From NCBI RefSeq assembly GCF_001194135.2, contig NC_068990.1, forward strand, positions 53,217,713 to 53,281,712: a DNA stretch of 64,000 nucleotides. The letters run 5' to 3'. This DNA is from Octopus bimaculoides. Taxonomy: Eukaryota. Numbering within the stretch: position 1 is the stretch's first letter; every line of letters begins with the position of its first letter. The notes under the pieces were generated by a model. That model did no database searches and was not told the DNA's origin. It saw only the letters and a list, made by a program, of their open reading frames with translations. Shown here one piece after another: positions 62,291 through 64,000 of this stretch. Position numbers and translations under genes: made by a program.

Positions 62291-64000
62291 TCATATCATA
62301 GAGAGATGTTGATGGATCGGGTCTGTTGACTAACTTTGATTTCCTCTTGTATAAAACTTTTGTTTCAAATAAATTGCTAATGACTTTAAGAGAGGTCTGG
62401 ACAGGACAACGTCATCTTGCTCTTAAAATCTTAATTCTTCATACTCATAAAACCTACTTCACTCAATGATCCTGCGTCTTAATATATAGACCTGGGTCGG
62501 ATTTTATGAGGACGACTACAATATCCTCTGTAATGCAAGTCTCTTTTCTCTCCACATCACTATTGTTTCAGGGGTTACTGTCAGAATATGAGCTCGGACA
62601 CTTAGTGTATGGCATCTTGCTTTGAAGTCGGAGCAGAGTGAGTCAGAACAACAACTGTGGGTCAATTTGTACAAGACTCTAATGATTCTGCTATGATTCT
62701 GCTTTAATACCTGCACCATAGATAATACGTCTTCATTGAGATTTTAAATCTATTCCGAACCAATTGTGTTTTTACTTTCCCTATTGTTTATAAGTACCAG
62801 TCATATACTAGTGTCAATTTAATCAGTTACACAATATGTGATGGCTTCTTTTTTGACACCCCCACTCCCTCTCTGAGGAAAACACAAAGTTCAACTAGAG
62901 AATATAAAGACTGTCTGCTTCTTTAATGTGTTTGCTTTCAGTTTAGGAACACAGCTATGTTCCAGTATTGATAAAGAACTTATATTTAGGTTCCCAATCC
63001 TGAGAATGTTCTTTGCAAACATCTCTGTCTTTGTGCAAGACTTCCAGCTGTTTGCAAGAAGTGACACTTCATGAGATATCTGTGTTGTTGGGTGATTGGC
63101 GAAGGATTTCTCTTCATGTACAGTCCCTAGCTATCACAGGAATTGAACCCATATCACAGACTCTGCTTGCCAGGAACTTGCATCCCTACAGAGAAAAGAA
63201 AAAAAAGAAAGAACCAGGTTAGGTAGTTGTAACCTATTACAGATATTTGTTGTCTGTGTGTGGCAATGTGTGGTAGATGTATGTTGATTTTGTGATGTGA
63301 TGCATGATTAATGTTTGTTCACTGTGTGACTGATGCTTGTTGTCAGTGTGTGATGATGTGTGACTTGCTTGTGACACCTTGCTTCAAACTGATACTACCA
63401 CTCAAGTATTGTAATGACCATGGAAATAAACTACAAAATCATGAGTTCAAATACTTTTTCTAGTGTTGTGAAGAAACAGGTCACAGCTATATTGCAACTT
63501 TAATAGTACCTCATTATTGTATGGTACAAAGTTGAAAATTTGGTGTGGTTGATCTAACCTCGTCTATACTCTGGCAAATTTTTAATAATAATGTTGAAAG
63601 AAGTTTTTCTGTGAGGCTATCATGAAAAATAACACCATTGAACTCTAGATATATCCCTTGGAAACAAACATCTACATCAGATTATCCCATGATAAAAGAT
63701 GTTTATTAATATTTTAGACTCTAGATAAACCTTCTTTTAAAACCCAAAGGGTTATTGTACATGTCTATGTCTCCCTCAGATTAAAAGGTTATACTTCTCC
63801 CTCGTAATATCTTCATGTTGTAATAAATTACTAACAACTAGAACAACTGCAGCCATTACCACTACCATCGTTACAACCATTGAAACTAGTACTATCTCTT
63901 ACATACTGTTAACTATCTTGACTCTATAGCACACCACTTTGGCCATCAATCCACCATTATTTTATCAAACATCTACTTCCTTCCAGCTGTGTCCACTAGT

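Overview
This is AT-rich, microsatellite- and SINE-dense animal genomic DNA with eight N-gaps. The repeat content suggests an octopod cephalopod, which is an inference. The window holds most of one large + strand gene, a myocardin-related transcription factor (MRTF). Seven coding exons can be read: RPEL1 (1151-1216), a linker (5631-5686), RPEL2 (26907-26982), RPEL3 (29581-29742), a ~2.5 kb exon carrying the basic, Q-rich, SAP and coiled-coil regions (41940-~44417/44427), an exon with the MDDVLEILI motif (50240/50247-50411), and the terminal acidic activation-domain exon (51209-51906, TAG). The start exon is probably upstream of the window. The introns and 3' flank hold many decayed transposable elements (TEs): a Helitron with both ends intact, RTE LINEs, three R4/Dong-type restriction-like-endonuclease LINE remnants, a Penelope-like GIY-YIG element, two mariners, a Tc1/IS630-like transposase, a piggyBac MITE, an L1/Tx1-like remnant and two SINE families. 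A hAT MITE carries a small nested LTR element with a tRNA-Trp primer site. The most unusual items are a minimal hammerhead-ribozyme-like motif antisense in intron sequence, the nested hAT/LTR structure with both target-site duplications (TSDs) intact, the link between R4-like LINEs and TAA microsatellites, and an 11-copy Ser-Pro nonamer repeat inside MRTF. I found no prokaryote-type systems such as CRISPR. Element family names come from motif recall, not database searches.
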